Shown here: piece after piece, positions 23,799-24,915 of the stretch | How positions within the stretch are numbered: position 1 is the first letter of the stretch | How the letters are laid out: every line of letters begins with the position of its first letter | Source of the DNA: a virus | Lineage: Duplodnaviria > Caudoviricetes | IMG/VR virus record: IMGVR_UViG_3300037506_000367 | Coordinates: 1 to 24,915 of that record | DNA length: 24,915 nucleotides | Strand: one strand, 5' to 3' | Made by a program: the position numbers and the translations under genes | Notes under the pieces: generated by a model | The model's input: the letters and a program-made list of their open reading frames with translations, nothing else | The model's database searches: none | Told to the model about the DNA's origin: nothing

Positions 23799-24836
23799 TT
23801 ACTCGCTGTCGGCGGCGGCGCGGAGGTTCTGTAGGAGGGCCGCGAACTCCGGCTCGGCCTTGCGCCGCGCCTCGATCTTCTTCAGCCCGTTCCGCACCGC
23901 CTCGCGGGTGTGCGCGACGATCTCGCACATCTGGGCGATGGCGTAGCCCGCGACCTCGGCGAGCAGCCACCAGAGCACGTACCGCGGCAGCTCGGCCGCC
24001 TTGCCGCCGCTCTTCCCGAGGAGCTTCTTCTCGGAGAGGTTGTAGTGCGCGGCGACGACCTTGATCACCCGGCCGGCCTTCTCGGCGTCGCCCGTCGCCG
24101 GCGCCGGCGTGAAGCGCCCGCCGGCGCCCTTCTCTGGCGCCGACCGCTTCGCCGCGGGCGCGGGTCGGGGCGCCGCCTTCAGCGGCGGCGGCGCCGTGTT
24201 GATGTTGACGACCTTCGCCGCGGGCGCCGGCTCGGCGCCGACCAGGAGCGAGAGCAGGCGCTCGAAGATCCGGAAGGCGGCCAGGGCGATCTCTTCGCGC
24301 GGGGTGGGGGTGTTCGACATCGGCGTCTCCTCGGTGATGAGGCCCTTCTTTAGGGCCTTCCAAGCCCGCGTCCGGGCGTTGATCCTGTCGCGGTGCCGCG
24401 CGTGGTAGCGGCGCTGCTGCGCGCGGTACTTCTCGCGGTTCTTCTTCTTCCACTCGCGGCGCTGTCGGGCGCGCTCCGCGCGGTACGCGGCATCAAACTC
24501 CGGGTCGGCCGCCCGCCGCGCCCGCTTCCCCTCCGCGCACCGCCGCCGGATATCGGCGAGGTGCGCGGCGAGGGCGGGGTCGGCGGCGGCGCGCTCGCGC
24601 TGCTTCCGCATCGCCCGCCGCTGCGTGCGGAGCCGCGCCGCGCGCCTCTCCTCTTCGAGCTCCGCGCGCTTCTCGGCCGCGGTCTTCCGCTTCCGCGGCG
24701 GTCGCTCGCGGTCGCGCTGTCGTTTCTTTTCCACGCGATCGGCCCAGAGTTGTTTTACGAACTCGCTGTTGTTGTCGGCCTCGGCGTACTCGCCGAACTC
24801 CTCGGCGAGGTCCTCGGCGAGGTTTTCCCAGGCCAC
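23799..24836 (-). CDS. Basic helical protein with C-terminal DnaA domain IV-like HTH, 345 aa; possible internal start at 24320
   Basis: VIKVVAAHYNLSEKKLLGKS...LPRYVLWWLL......IAQM......AVRNGLKKIEARR..EPEF follows the Bac_DnaA_C pattern. SD GGAGGAG precedes GTG 24836 and GAGGAG precedes in-frame ATG 24320. Confidence 0.75.
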   Translation of the reverse strand: MAWENLAEDLAEEFGEYAEADNNSEFVKQLWADRVEKKRQRDRERPPRKRKTAAEKRAELEEERRAARLRTQRRAMRKQRERAAADPALAAHLADIRRRCAEGKRARRAADPEFDAAYRAERARQRREWKKKNREKYRAQQRRYHARHRDRINARTRAWKALKKGLITEETPMSNTPTPREEIALAAFRIFERLLSLLVGAEPAPAAKVVNINTAPPPLKAAPRPAPAAKRSAPEKGAGGRFTPAPATGDAEKAGRVIKVVAAHYNLSEKKLLGKSGGKAAELPRYVLWWLLAEVAGYAIAQMCEIVAHTREAVRNGLKKIEARRKAEPEFAALLQNLRAAADSE

Positions 24837-24839
24837 GGC

Positions 24840-24914
24840 CTACTCCTCCGCCGCGGGGGCCGGGGGGAGGGCGCCGCCCCAAGCGGCCCGGAACCCCGGG
24901 CCCAGGGGGGGTGG
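24840..24914 (-). CDS. 3' end of an upstream gene (partial)
   Basis: Frame open from the window edge (PPPLGPGVPGRLGGALPPAPAAEE*), ending in the same TAG-GCC-GTG junction seen at 11319 and 13044. Confidence 0.4.
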   Translation of the reverse strand, partial: PPPLGPGFRAAWGGALPPAPAAEE

Positions 24915-24915
24915 C

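Larger units (their letters stand above)
1..24915. mobile_element. Tailed phage/prophage segment (Mu-like head genes, non-contractile tail, lysis cassette, convergent early genes)
   Basis: Gene order terS-terL-portal-protease-capsid-tail-lysis on +. No host housekeeping gene, integrase or att site is in the window, so free phage versus prophage cannot be decided. Confidence 0.95.

Noticed and set aside
23799-24075. Annotating the gene as dnaA (and 22784..23359 as dnaJ)
   Set aside because: Only single domains are present: no AAA+ domain, and no G/F or zinc-finger region.
1-24915. CRISPR array, tRNA, diversity-generating retroelement or invertible tail-fibre cassette
   Set aside because: No regularly spaced repeats, cloverleaf, reverse transcriptase or invertase was seen by eye.

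Overview
A very GC-rich tailed-phage or prophage segment. From 1 to about 20.1 kb the + strand carries a late (virion) operon. The head genes are small and large terminase, a Mu gp29/DUF935-like portal, a small Cro-like HTH gene, an HK97-type prohead protease fused to a Mu gpI/Z-like scaffold, a two-domain cement-like protein and a Mu gpT-like major capsid protein. A sheath-less (siphovirus-type) tail follows: tube, a G/GT chaperone pair with a clear -1 frameshift signal, tape measure, tail tip and fibre candidates. The operon ends with a holin and GH108 endolysin. At 20.1-21.2 kb a divergent accessory island holds a near-consensus sigma70 promoter with an overlapping palindrome driving a Zn-finger gene and an unlisted RHH-like gene, plus a lipoprotein. 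From 21.2 to 24.9 kb the - strand carries early-type genes: a DnaA domain IV-like protein, a J-domain (HPD) protein and a BRO-N-like/recombinase-domain fusion. Ahead of the last two of these genes lies a 270-nt intergenic region that folds on the - strand only. No integrase, transposase, tRNA, rRNA or CRISPR array was seen. All family assignments come from motif recognition by eye, not database searches.
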